Assembly (NCBI GenBank): GCA_964658305.1
Contig: OZ210885.1
Location: forward strand, 22,630,001 to 22,694,000
Reading direction: 5' to 3'
DNA: 64,000 nucleotides
Source: Leptogorgia sarmentosa
Taxonomy: Eukaryota
Shown here: positions 13,111 to 25,415 of the stretch, piece after piece
Layout of the letters: every line of letters starts with the position of its first letter
How positions within the stretch are numbered: the first letter of the stretch is position 1
Position numbers and translations under genes: made by a program
The notes under the pieces: generated by a model
What the model saw: only the letters and a program-made list of their open reading frames with translations
Told to the model about the DNA's origin: nothing
Database searches by the model: none

Positions 13111-13682
13111 TTGATAAAAATATATAGTAGAAAATCTTCGAAACTTGATTTGAAAAGAGCTTAGAGTATAATAGTATTTACTAAAAAAATAACGCATGCG
13201 CAGTTCGGTCGAGGTACAGAAATCTGTCCTCGGCACATGGATTATCCCAGAGCCTTCGACTCTTCCAATGAAGATCACAGGCTCAGGGTACGAGATTGGA
13301 AGCATCAAGGAATAATAAACAAAATGGCGGGCGATTGTTGGAATTTCGTCAAAGGACTACAAATAAACATGAATTTTACAAAAATACTGCAGGTCTACGG
13401 AGCGGGAACTCTTCGGATTCAGATTCAGCATGTTTAAAAGTGGTAAGTTATGTAAAAGTATTTGAGTTACGAGGCATGGTAAATGAAAACGTTTTATTAA
13501 GTTTAATTCATCTCCAACTTTGTGAAACCGCTACTTACTGTACCTGCAACAAAATAATTCCTTCCAGAAATCTTTCAAACTTTCAAAGATCGTTTCTGGT
13601 GTAAGGGCCTACTTGCAGTGTTTACGATTGACTCAAGATTTTTACCGCTTGCCAGTAAATTATATACCGACACTCATATGTA

Positions 13683-13915
13683 CAGAGTGTCCCAAAAAAG
13701 TGGCCTCTATAGAAATCACTCTTGTTGTTAATCTCGGGTTATTGCACCTGTCGAAATTTAAATTAACTTCTGACGAACAGCAACAAAAGCACGGGCTGTA
13801 ATAAATACTTCTGTCGTTCATGCACCATTCAATTATATTCCCCAAAGGCATAACAACGCATGTTTGACAAAAAAAGAGCTGGTTTCTATAGAGGTCACTT
13901 TTTTGGGACACCCTG
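13683..13915. mobile_element. Tc1/mariner-type MITE
   Basis: TIRs CAGRGTGTCCCAAAAAAGTGRCCTCTATAGAAA. TA TSD. Confidence 0.88.
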
Positions 13916-14563
13916 TATAACAAAATATTTGCTCGGATTGAATGTCATGATAGCTCATGTTTCTACCTTTTTTAATTGTAAGATGAACAAAAGACAGATT
14001 ATTAAAAAGTGTATAATATTAAGAGGAGATTTTTTAAAAAATTGAGTATTTCTTTCAAAAAAGGCTCAAAAGTTAGCGACCAGGCTTTTGGTAATTAGGG
14101 TCATTAATCCGAGGACAAATACCCTGTAGTAAAGCAAACTGTGGAATTTTGAGTTTCAAAGGTGGGAAAACAAAAGAAGTTGAAAAAGTAGCGAAAGGTG
14201 CAACCTGTGAATTATAAAGGTTAGTATACTTGTTTTAAATTAAAAATTATACTATATATACTAAATTTTATGGTAAAAAACTATACATGCTAATAATTTA
14301 CTTTGTCTGTATCAATATACGCACGCTATATGACTTCCAAAATACTGCATAAACCCCTTTTTAAGAACATATTTTCCACATTATTATCCCAAAATGTGTG
14401 CATGTTTTAACTATACTAGAACAAAGCGTGAAAGTGAACAGCGACAGATATATATGCAAACAAAATTAAGTTATATTCAGATTCATTGTATAAAAAACTA
14501 TCAATACAGTGTAAAATTTTAAAATCCATATAGACAGAGAAAAGTGCTGACAAGCAAGTAAAA

Positions 14564-15121
14564 ATGGAGAATAAACTCCCCTCAACTACCAAAAAGGTAA
14601 TGACATATACATAAAGTCGTTTTAATTTAGGCGAGAAACGATTTTTATACGGTTTCATTTTACGTTCGAGGTTTCACAAATGCAAAAAGTCAGAGAAACA
14701 CTATATTACTAGGCACTTTCCCACAGCTATATTTTGCATTTATTTTATACAACAGGCTCGAAGTTTGAAGTTGTTATATGGAAAAAATAAACCTTCCACA
14801 AAAAAGATTGAGGCAGCCAAAATGTTCGGGAAAAGCCACACAGATATAAAATCTATTGCCAGGGTTTTACGAGTTGAAATACCTACAGCTGAAGTGTATA
14901 TAATCGACGCGTATTGTGCTGGAGCTCCCATGATATCATTCGAGAAACTCGCCAGCGAATTGAATATCAACAGCCCTTATATTGATAGGATTGCTCAGTT
15001 AATCGAAGCCGGTTTACCTACTCTTCGACAAATTAGGGACGCACGACATCAAGAGGTTTCGTATAATCAAATCAAAGTGGTTTTGGCAGGAATGATTCGA
15101 AATGACCTTCCGACAAAATAG
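14564..15121 (+). CDS. Small two-exon protein (~132 aa) with a helix-turn-helix resembling the RecQ/WRN/YpbB C-terminal HTH_40
   Basis: Exon 14564-14596 (MENKLPSTTKK), GT-AG intron, exon 14756-15121 in phase 0. IKSIARVLRVEIPTAEVYI...LRQIRD...VSYNQIKVVLA. Confidence 0.6.
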
Positions 15122-15939
15122 TAAGGAACTAGCTTGACGTAAACATTGAATGATTTTGTAATATTTTATTGTCTATATCTTTGCACGTTGAGAATGAGTA
15201 AAATATATTTTGTACCAAAAGTTTGATTGGTTTATATAATATTATATTTATAATATGAATTTTTCAAAAATATGTCTGTTTCTACTGGGTTAGCGGATCA
15301 TGTACATTTCACTCGATTATGTACATTTCAATCGACCATTTAGTTTTGAATGATTTTAGGTGTTCCAGCACTTCTAGATCAGTTTTACAGTGTTGGAAGT
15401 GAAAAAACCCAGTTAAAACATACCCTCTCAAAAGGTATCTTTCGCCCACCTTCTTTGTTCCAAAATATCACGATAGTGCAACCAAGTATTACCAATTGAA
15501 TATATATCCAGTGCATCTTGTGATATAGTAAAATCAATTTTTGTTCCATAGATACCTCATAAAATGATGAAAATCCTTACATGAGAAACATATAAATCAC
15601 CATCTATGCTCTCCTCATGTTTTTTGCAAATGTTCCGTTAACGATTTTGTTGATACCCTCAATTTCATGTTGCTAAATGTGCATGCGCATGCATGCTTAT
15701 TACAAAAATGTTGTGTGGGCTTAATTACTATATACTTAATTACTCAATTACTAAAAACCCCCAAAATATTGAGGGTTTGCAAATCGGAAACCGGTTATAA
15801 TATGTGGGCTTATAGAACCAGAGGCGTACGAGTGAATTAAAAGGGAAAGCTCATGGCAGGGGGGGGGGGGAGGTGTGCATGAAGTATATGAAGTTAACCT
15901 AACATATATAATGAAGTATATGTTCCTTTAAATATTCAG

Positions 15940-18281
15940 GTAAACGAAGAAAATACTCGGCAAAATTCAAGTGAAAAGTGTTTTTTATGCGGACGTAGGG
16001 TTTCCAGTGACCAAAACATTAGACGTATCACCAAAAATAACCAAGTCGGACTTGAGATAGCAGATGTAGATTTTGTAAGAGCCGAAGGGTCGGCAATATG
16101 CTTGTCATGTTGGTTATCTAAAATGGTACGCAAACCCGAAACAAAAAAATGCCCTATTGAAAGCTGTTCTACTAGTAAAAAAAAGATACAAAGTCAAAGG
16201 TTGTCCTCATTACCATTGAAGAATATTACCAACAACATAAAGCAGGAAGTTATGGATAAATTCAAGATCCGTGGTGATGAAAAAGCATGCAGAAAATGCA
16301 GAACAGAAATTATAGCATTCATACGTAATAGCAAAGACAAGGAACCCAACAAGACACAGTTACCATCTAAAGTTGGCACAACTTCACTAAATAACACTTC
16401 AGTGTCACATGGGAGACCACATACCAGAAGGAGGCACACAGCTCATCCGTTAAAATCAGAGTACTTAGCACCCTTGCACCCCATTTTAAGAACAAGGAAC
16501 TAAAAAAGTCGATACCGTGTACAGACTACGAACGAACAGAAGCGCGCAAGCATGCACAACAACATGGACCAGGAGCAAATGCGAACAAATTTTATTTGTT
16601 CAAATTTCGTTGTAAATTTTATCTACCACCCTGATAACATGTGCAGATCTTCCCATAGAATAGCTTCATGCAAAGGAAAAAATCATCCTGGATTTCAGAC
16701 TTGTTCGACCAAGAACAACAGCCTGTCATGTGGCTAAAAGATGGAAAAGGCCATTTGTATCAAAAGTACAAAGACGAGTGTCTTAAGTTGGGCAATAAAC
16801 CGATATCAAAACCGAGTCGAAATTTCGTGACGGTCTGAGGGCTGGAAACTTTAAAGAGATGGTGGAAATGGCTGGGCTATGTAATATATGTGACGAGGTT
16901 GGCACTAAAAACTGGAACAAATTAACTGAGTTGATTCAGACCCTAAGGAACGAGGTATCAGGAATTTTCAACAGTGGACAACACCTTATTCGAGAAAGAA
17001 GATCGTGAAGAGTTCGAAGTAACAACTGCGGTAACAATGATAGACCTAATGAACAAGGACACTGAGTATATGTCGTATAATCCTCTTCCAGTTGATTCTC
17101 CACTGCTCATGATAGAAACTAGTGTTCCCGTTCCAGACTTCGACAACTTTTTACAACGAGCTACAATACTGAAAGGTCACCTTCTGTCGGATTTTACCAC
17201 AAACCTTCAAACCCACACTGGCTGTGCCTTCCACTGTATGACGTTGTTACTAAACTAAAAGGCTTGCTGCGAGATTCACAATCACGTGTGTAACGATTGC
17301 GCTGAAAGATTCACTTTCCTCGACGATATTCGAGCTACTGTATTTGCGAGCACCTTAAGTACAGCACGGAAACGTTACTACCAGGAACAGTTGCGTCACG
17401 TACAGGGATGCCAGAAGATCGATAATTGCGGGTGCAGATATTCATATATTCGTGTTCAGCATTATTAAATTCCTTTGAAATCAATTGTTCTTATGGTCTG
17501 TAAACCCGAATATATGAATATCTGCACCCGCAATTATCGATCTTTCGGCATCCCTGGTCACATACAAGAACAGCTTGACTTGTATATAGCCCACTTGGTT
17601 CGTGGAAAGTATCAGAGGATGCAATTTATGAAAGAAGTGGATGAATTAAGACCTGGTAAGGCAGTGGTTGTGTGTGATTATATGATGAAACTGCTCCTTC
17701 ACAAGTTCAGAGAACCTCAACGGGATTGGTTCGGAAAGAAAGGAGTATCAGTTCACGGGAGTATGTTCTTTTTTCGATCTACCGAATCACAAGATATTCA
17801 GGTGGAAATATACAATGTGTTCTCCAATGGCGACTGCACCCAAAATTGTTTTTTTACGGCTAGTGCGTTCCAGTCAACCTTTACAAACTTCTCTTCGAGG
17901 CATAAAGATATACATTCTCTTGTTATATGGTCAGATAATGGACCTCATTATCACAACACCTCCATCATTCTATGGATCATTCGGTTAAGTGAAATATGTG
18001 GTTTAACTGTTGAACAGTATTCTTTTTTTGAGGCACAGAAGGGCAAGACATCTCTAGATTCCCACTTTGCGACATTTAAATTTGCACTGAAAGGGTGGAT
18101 GAAAAGGGGATTTGACTTGCTGTCAAGTGAAGATATAGTCGAGGGAACAAAAGAACATTTGAAAGGTACGAACATTTACGAAATACATCTTGACAGAACG
18201 AAAGAACCACGCAGTGCCAAAACGTTTGATGGAATTACATCCTTTGCGGACTTCACTTATAACGACAATTTGTCCAAGTAA
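15940..18281 (+). pseudogene. Sola3-type DDD transposase, frameshifted, MITE-interrupted, probably C-terminally truncated
   Basis: N-terminal CxxC pairs. AGLCNIC, HC...HxxCxxC, DYMMKLL..FREPQRDWFGKKGVSVH, WSDNGPHYH, FFEAQKGKTSLDSHFA. Confidence 0.8.
17403..17556. mobile_element. hAT-type MITE in the Sola3 transposase
   Basis: ~50-bp TIRs CAGGGATGCC..AAGATCGATAATTGCGGGTGCAG. 8-bp TSD GTCACGTA/GTCACATA. Removal restores QLRH-IQEQLDLY. Confidence 0.9.
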
Positions 18282-18349
18282 TGGGAAGTGTTTACAATTC
18301 TCTTAAATGATATAATTATTTTTCTAATACATGGGTCTTTGGTTTTTAG

Positions 18350-21300
18350 ATCATTTTTGTGCTTTTTGCAGTCTTTGTTGGAGAACTTCCTAACTATGTT
18401 TTTTCCATTAAAAAATAATGCACAGGACACTGGAAAAGCTGTTGTGAAAATAGAAGAAAACAGTCAATGGGCATCAACAGTGATACCAAACAGATATCCA
18501 TTGCAGCCAGCTTTGAAAAGCAGACCAAAGATCAGATCGAACAGACTTCTGAATGTGACCCTTTGGACAACAGTGAAGCCAGTATGCACTTTGACTTAGA
18601 CGACTCAGCATCAGCTATAGACCTTGATAATATGTAAGATTTAGAACCATATAGAAATATAGAACTACACTATCACATTTCGGAACGTTTTGTCAGTTGT
18701 AGTTAAATTTATATTAATTAAAAAGTTGTAAATATTTAAGATGTTGAAATTAAATGTCGTGTCAGTCATGTTTTTGTTTATTTTTCTTTAAATTACAGAG
18801 AATATGCTGATGATCTCAGTGGTAATCCGGAATTTAGCCTTTGTCACAGTGAGCAAGAAATGCCAGGAATGGACATTGATCCCACACCTGAGACTACTGA
18901 TGACGATAGCTATTCATCCTCATTTGTTGACACGGACAGTGATCGGTGATGACAAAGATGACTTTGAAATTAACAAACATTATTTGGCAAATGAAATTAA
19001 AAGGGGATTCCAACGAGTATATGTTGAGAAAGTTGATCCAGTTGCTCAAAAACTACAGTCATTTCCCAATTCTGATATTCTTCCCAAAGAAAGTATGTTT
19101 TATATTTTGCTGAAAAATGCTGTCAGTTATGTAGACTGGCTAGTCAAAAGGGAAGAAAATCACAGTCTTCAATTCCAGTGGGACGGTGAAGTTCTTCAGT
19201 TTCTTGAAAGCCTCGAGTATCATGGTGGAAGAAAGGTTGTTAACTTATTGAGGGGGCCTGGTCATGATGGAGAAGGTCAATGTAGTGCAGTTTCTGGCTT
19301 TGACTGGAGAAAATGGAACTGGCCTCTTCCTGGAAAAACAACCCGTGATAAAATGTACAGCGGATACTCGACAGAGAATGGAATATATGCTCCACTTCTG
19401 CAGAGTTTTTTGCAGTTGTCAAGTGAACCTGATGCTGATATACTAACACTATATGAAGATAGCACCGTTAAGATAATCCCTGTTGCACTCGCGAAAGATG
19501 CAATGCAACTGAAACCTGGTTTGATTTATGACAGTAGGCAGGCAAAATTGGTTGGAAGTACCCTTAACTTGGATTACAGCTTCATTAGACAAGGTGAACC
19601 TAATAAAGATACCCTAAAAAACTCTATTGTACAAGAAGCAGAAGTCATGTGCTTAACAACTCTTGATGCAAATTTTTCTTTGCCAGTCGGCGTTAATCAT
19701 TTGACCAAAGGTCTCACAGCGTTAGATACTTTGAATATGATAAAGAATGAAACCAAAGAGATAAATGCTTGTCTTGACTATTTGAAACACAGGAAATTTC
19801 GAAAATTGTATTGAATTAGGAACTGTGTGTGGCGATTGCTGTGAAAAAGGCCACAATTTTATTGAACCAACATTGCGACCATGTGATTCATGTCTAGAAA
19901 AAGATATTCAGTGCATTAAAGCAGCAGTTATCTGCATCTCAGAGGATTCTGAATCAAGCAATTCTAGTGCACAAAAAGAGCTTGTAAAACAAAAGGAAGA
20001 CCAATCAGATCCGCTGTTGTCAGTAATATCTCCCATCCCAGATGGTGTACATGTTGCAAAGAGAAAACGGCAGAGCTTGTCGAATTGGTTCCTGTTGGTA
20101 AACAAGAACAGAATAAATTTAGTTCAACTCGGAGAACTGAGGAATGACAATGCCCTCCATTCAATGCTAGCACCCATACTGCCACTAAGTGCGGTCAGAA
20201 ATCGTGATCGTCAGGATGTCGACTCTATAATGGACATCTCAAGTCCATTTGTAAGAAAGATTCTTACCGAAAATGCCAAGGTTGTAACTCGCACAGTAGT
20301 ACCAGAAAAGTACAGGCTAAGAGAGGACAACAAAACAGGGGTTTTTAAAGCACCCATTGGAACATGTATGGGTCCACTCGGACATGTCTTTGTCAGTGAT
20401 GTCATGCAGGGTAAGGTATACAAGGTAAGAGCGAATCACTACCCAGCAAACGTGACTGTAGAAATGGATAACTTGGAACATCCAATTGGAATTTCTTTTT
20501 TTAAGGACATACTGTATTGTGCAGAGTCAAAACGGAACGCAATTGCTTTTAAAGATTTAACAGGGGAAACCGTTGTCGAAGTCCACAAATTAACTGTCGA
20601 GAAGCTTAAGGCAAAACTTAAAGATATTGGTGCATGGAATAACTGTAAAGGAAAACCAAAGAAATATCTTCAAGAGAAGCTCAAAGAAGCACTAAATTGC
20701 AGAGCCGCTTCGGAGACAAGCTCGGTGCAACAGAAAGCACGTGACGAAACCACTCCTTTGCATATCGAATTTGACAGAGAAATTAAGCAGCCTGTGGCAT
20801 TATGTTTTGATCAAGAGGGACATATGTATGTCTCAACACATTCACTGGTATAATCTATGTCATGCAACTTCATTGCAACTTGGTCAGTTTAAAGGGAAAT
20901 ATAACGTCTTCTCTTCAGCTAAATTCTACGCTTCTCTATGGGATACTGTCATTAAACAATGCTGTTTATGTGTCTGCATACGAAGACGATGGAGGTATAT
21001 ACAGAATTATCTTTGATCACGACAACGCTGGTATTGCCGAGAAGGTAGCGAGTAACTGTACTTCAGTCTGCAATAAGGTACATAGTTTAAACACGTACAA
21101 TGACGAATCGTTTGCATTTAGTGACACTGGAGACTTTTCTATCAAGGTCTATAACCTTGCAGAAAATACGTTTTCTGTGATAGTTGGCAATGGAAAGGGC
21201 ACAAGAGACGGAAGCAAAGCCCAGTTTTCCCAGCCTACAGGTATCTGTTTTGATTATCAAACTCTGTTTGCCATCGATACGGCAACAAGTACCCTTCGTA

Positions 21301-22490
21301 TGACAAGCAGTGTCACTAGTTTGGTAGATTATTTGGAGCATCTCCATATATTTGGAGAAACGTTTGGACTTCACACAAGGAAAAGTACCTCGGTCACAAT
21401 AGAGATTTCGCAGGCAATCAAGAGACTAGAGCAAGTTTATACCTTTGACCAAAACTGTGTAAATGCAGTCATGAATCTTATTGGCACCACAGCTGTAACA
21501 CAAGGTCCACAAGGAACTGTTTCCTCTGTTGTTATGGATGATGAAAAGAGGATCCTGAAATCTCTGCGCGAAATCAAGAACCTTTTGGACCGTCTTAATC
21601 CACGTCTCACCTCTAAATTTAGCATTAAAAGTCTTCTAACGCTTGTTGTCGAAAACACATTCGCAGAAATGAGAAGTGGTGCCACTGACATGCCCTTGCA
21701 GCTTGAATTCGATTACAGATTCAGTAGGGCCATCAAAGAACGGTTAAAGAGGCAATGTTTTACACCATTTGCATACTTTACTGCTCCAAAGTCCTACTAC
21801 CCACAAGTTTTCACCACAGCAAATTACAAGGATTTGCCCAAGTTACGTCCTCCAAAGGCACACAAATTATCTGAGAAGCAGGTGAATGAGATGAGGAACT
21901 GGAGAGCGGTATATGGCCAAAGCGTACCGCAGAAAACAGTGCGCAACATGACGACCAAAGACAATCCAGGAACTATGCCTATAAATCTGTATGCAGCCGA
22001 ATCTCCGATTGAGGAACCTTTAGATTTCACTGTGCTAAGTGAAGAAGTGACAGATTCTGCATCGCAGAAGGGAGCAGCCGAGACTCTGTACAAAATCAGC
22101 CAGATTGTCTGTGTTAAAGATCCTCATCAGTTGTTCATATTAGCCGTTCTGCAAGATAATGTGTACGTTGGCCTGAGGAGGGTGGAAGCCAAAGTATTCA
22201 TTCAAGATCCTTTTAATCCAGTCGTGTTCACTGAAGATTCCATCAGATATGTCGATGTGAGCAACATTGTTTGTGCTCTAACTTGCTACGACTATCGTGA
22301 AGATCTTGTAGAGCTTGCAGAAGGTGACCTTATCCTTCTTCTTGATGCACTTCAAGATACGAATGAAGTCATCACAGTAGCAGAAGCAGCTGAGACGACA
22401 GAAAAATCAGTTGATGAAGCAAATACGGACCCCCAGCTCCAAGGACAAGAAAAAGACGCTTCGATGAAAATTTTGTCTACTATGAATAGA
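18350..22490 (+). pseudogene. P-element/THAP9-like transposase with inserted NHL repeats and a SAP-like motif (frameshifted, intron 18634-18799)
   Basis: VALAKDAMQLKPGLIYD, ISEDSESSN, PDGVHVAKRKRQ, DRQDV, LLTLVVENTFAEMR. NHL-like PIGTC, HPIGI, QPVAL, GTRDGSKAQFSQPTGI. SAP-like KLTVEKLKAKLKDIG...KKYLQEKLKEAL. Confidence 0.7.
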
Positions 22491-25415
22491 AAGATAAATA
22501 AACAGCACAGGTATTCACATATGGGGTGCAATCATAAACATTTTCTGGGATCAAGGGAACAAGGAGAATATTTTTTGGGATCAAGGGATACAATGTAAAA
22601 CATTTTTTAGGGAACAATGAATTTTATTAAAGGGGAACAAGGGATAAAAGCCAAAAACGTTAAGGGATCACAGGAACACGTACCCCCCCTGGGAGGGGCT
22701 CCATACTGTATATTACTATATTAACGGATATATGATTTTCGGTTAGCATGGATTCTTAAAGTCAGCTAAAGGAATGTAATATATTTTTAACAGTAAAAAG
22801 TCCTTGCATGCATGTTGTTTAGGTAAATTTTAGCATGCAAGATGCAGAGGAAAACTAATTCATACTGTAATTCATCTAGCAATTTCAGTGACTTGATATT
22901 ATTATCTGGGTTTTTTTTACCTTGAAAGCCCTGGTCAAACAAGCCTGAGACTGAGAGTCAATGACAGTTGAAACTTTCGCTTGCATTTGACTGACTATAC
23001 TCACATTCATTGTCATCAGCTGCATAGTTGTCAAATGTTTTTGCACTTCTACTGAGCTCTCATTTACCAACTCTCATCCTCATTTGACTCGGGCTTACTT
23101 TAGATATATTACATGTTCACTTTGACATTTATTATTCAAACCCAAAAATTACATTTAGAGTAGTTGAGATTTGATTGTTGCTTACCAAAAATTTAACCAA
23201 GATATGACTGTTATTACATATTTTGAACAATGATAAAACCATTTTTCTGTAATTCTAATTAGACTGGTATATTATTGTAAAAGAAATGGAGCAATAAATA
23301 ATCACTGGTTTCTTCATGTTAATCCCAAATTTTGTGCTTCAGTTGCTGATATATGGCATGTCTTCAGTTGTAATCCAAAATATAATGGCGAGATTTCTCT
23401 TAGTTAGTCTAACAAAGTAGATAAACTGCATAAATGTATGTTTATCATATGGTACATTGATATGAAAGATATTTTGTGAGCAATAGAAAACAAACAACAA
23501 TGATAAAAGGCATTTATACAAGATGCATGGCTGCTGCAAATTAATAACTATCATAACATTGCCATATTGTACACTTCCTGTGTACAATACAATATTGTAA
23601 AAATATCCTTTGCACATTCTTTTTATGTCATTTTTATGTCAACAGAACTTAATTGTACATTTTCAAATAATAAACACCACATTCCCAGCAACAGCTTGAA
23701 ATGCATCATAATGCCACCTTAAAAACCTGTACTAAAACTAAAAAAGACAAGACAATAAAAATGGCAAAATTCTGCGAGGACCATCCACCTAAATTTTTTC
23801 CGGACCATATTTATTCTCAAGTGTAATGCATAAACCTCATTAGCAAATATGCCTTTCAGTGTGCCAATCCATAATAAATAATATTTTTGAACTTTTGTGA
23901 AGCCTTCACTAATTTTTCCCCCCACTTTGCAGGAACTCAACATTTTCATGGTAAAAAAATCTCGGAACTTTTTTTTAGGGTTTTCTGCTGGATTTTGGCT
24001 AACATTACAATGATGCTTGATTACAAAGCTACATAGTTAGTGAGCCTTTTAAGATCTAACCACTATATTGACTATTCTAAACTAAAAAAACAAAAGTCAT
24101 CCATTTTAGCAAAAAGTGAGTAAAATGGAAAACCAGAATATTTACTTTTAAAAATTCTGTGAGGACCATTCGCCTAACATTTCTTCAAACATGCACTGTT
24201 TTTATCCCTAACTACTGTATGATAATGTACTATAGGTCCCACAGTGTGCCAATTGGTTTAAACGTTAAAATATCTAAAATATATAAAGTGATTCTATTTC
24301 GTATGTCGGTGAGAAAAATGAATGACAATAACAAAGTTTGCCGACGGGAAATGGATGTTTATTATCGCAGTATGATTGCATACATGCTTAAATCCAGTTA
24401 TTTCAAGCGTACGATAACGCTCTTTCACATGCAATATTTTTTTGTGAAATCAACATAAATTTCAAGGAGCATTTGGAGGATAATTTGAGGGATACAGCGA
24501 CAGTGGGGCTTTTAGAGACGTAAAAATGTCGCTCATTCAGAAAGTCAAAAAAATAATTATCTGAGCCCCAGATTGCACCGATGCATGTATGTCGCTATTG
24601 ATGGAATTATTTTTGAGATCTAGTCACATAAAAACTGAATTAAAGCAGTCAAAATACTCTTACCGTCATGCCTTTTGCATTCGAAGCATACACCCCCAAA
24701 GTTCGAAGCACTTTGCAATTGTTTAAAACAATCAATCAATCAATTTATTAAGTACTTCAAGTTTACAAGATAGGTAAAATATACAATATTAAATTACAAA
24801 AGAAGGAAGTACAGGCCTTCTGAAATAACCTTTACTGGCTAGTCGAGTCAGATGACCTCAAGTGGAATAAATCACTGAGGCATTAATTACATGAGATATG
24901 GTAATCATAGAAATATTTGAGGATAGCTATATTACAAAACTGACAATAAAATTAGTATACGCTAATGAAATAGTTTTTGAGTTGTCGTTTAAAAGGATAA
25001 ATACTGAGTGATTTTATTGATTCATCAATTGAATTCCAAATTTTTGGACCGGAATATCTTATATTAAAAAGGAAGTTCGAGGAAGAGAGTAAGACGATTT
25101 GGATGCTAAGCGAGTATTATATTTATGCTTACTGTTGATTAGCGAGAAGAAATCGTTGAAATTAGTTGGGAGCTTACCAGAACTGAACTGATGCATAAAA
25201 GTCGCCGTGTAAAATTTTACGATATCCGAGAATTTTAGTAAATTATATAATTTAAAGATGATATCCAGTCTAATCTGAGCATGCGCGAATAATGTTTACA
25301 TGCGGGCCACGCAACTAAACAAACCATTTTACTTCGCATTACATAAAGTATGGCTTGTGTTGATATTTGATATCTGTTGTCACTTCGCGCGAGGAGCGGA
25401 AAATATTCTAGAAGC

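Larger units (their letters stand above)
1594..13298 (-). mobile_element. AcademH-type DNA transposon remnant (internally deleted)
   Basis: ~63-bp imperfect TIRs CAATCTYGTACCCTGAGCCTG...ATAATCCATG (1594-1656 / 13236-13298). Degenerate 9-bp TSD GAAGCATAG/GAAGCATCA. RecQ-type helicase fragment inside. Confidence 0.75.
1..13611 (-). mobile_element. AcademX-type DNA transposon copy 1 (5' part; continues left of window), interrupted by a nested insertion at 1594-13298
   Basis: Minus-strand translation of 1-1480 parallels the intact element at 45769-52461 (RVCLIHFEGKDG*, RKEWLSLPSSYK, RSSNVLPEICLIC, DCVAIEARYHKRCY). 13320-13490 resembles that element's TIR (caaaatggcgggcga...ttcggatt..gattcagcat...aaagtggta) and ends GGCCTA at 13611, as at 52461. 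Confidence 0.8.
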
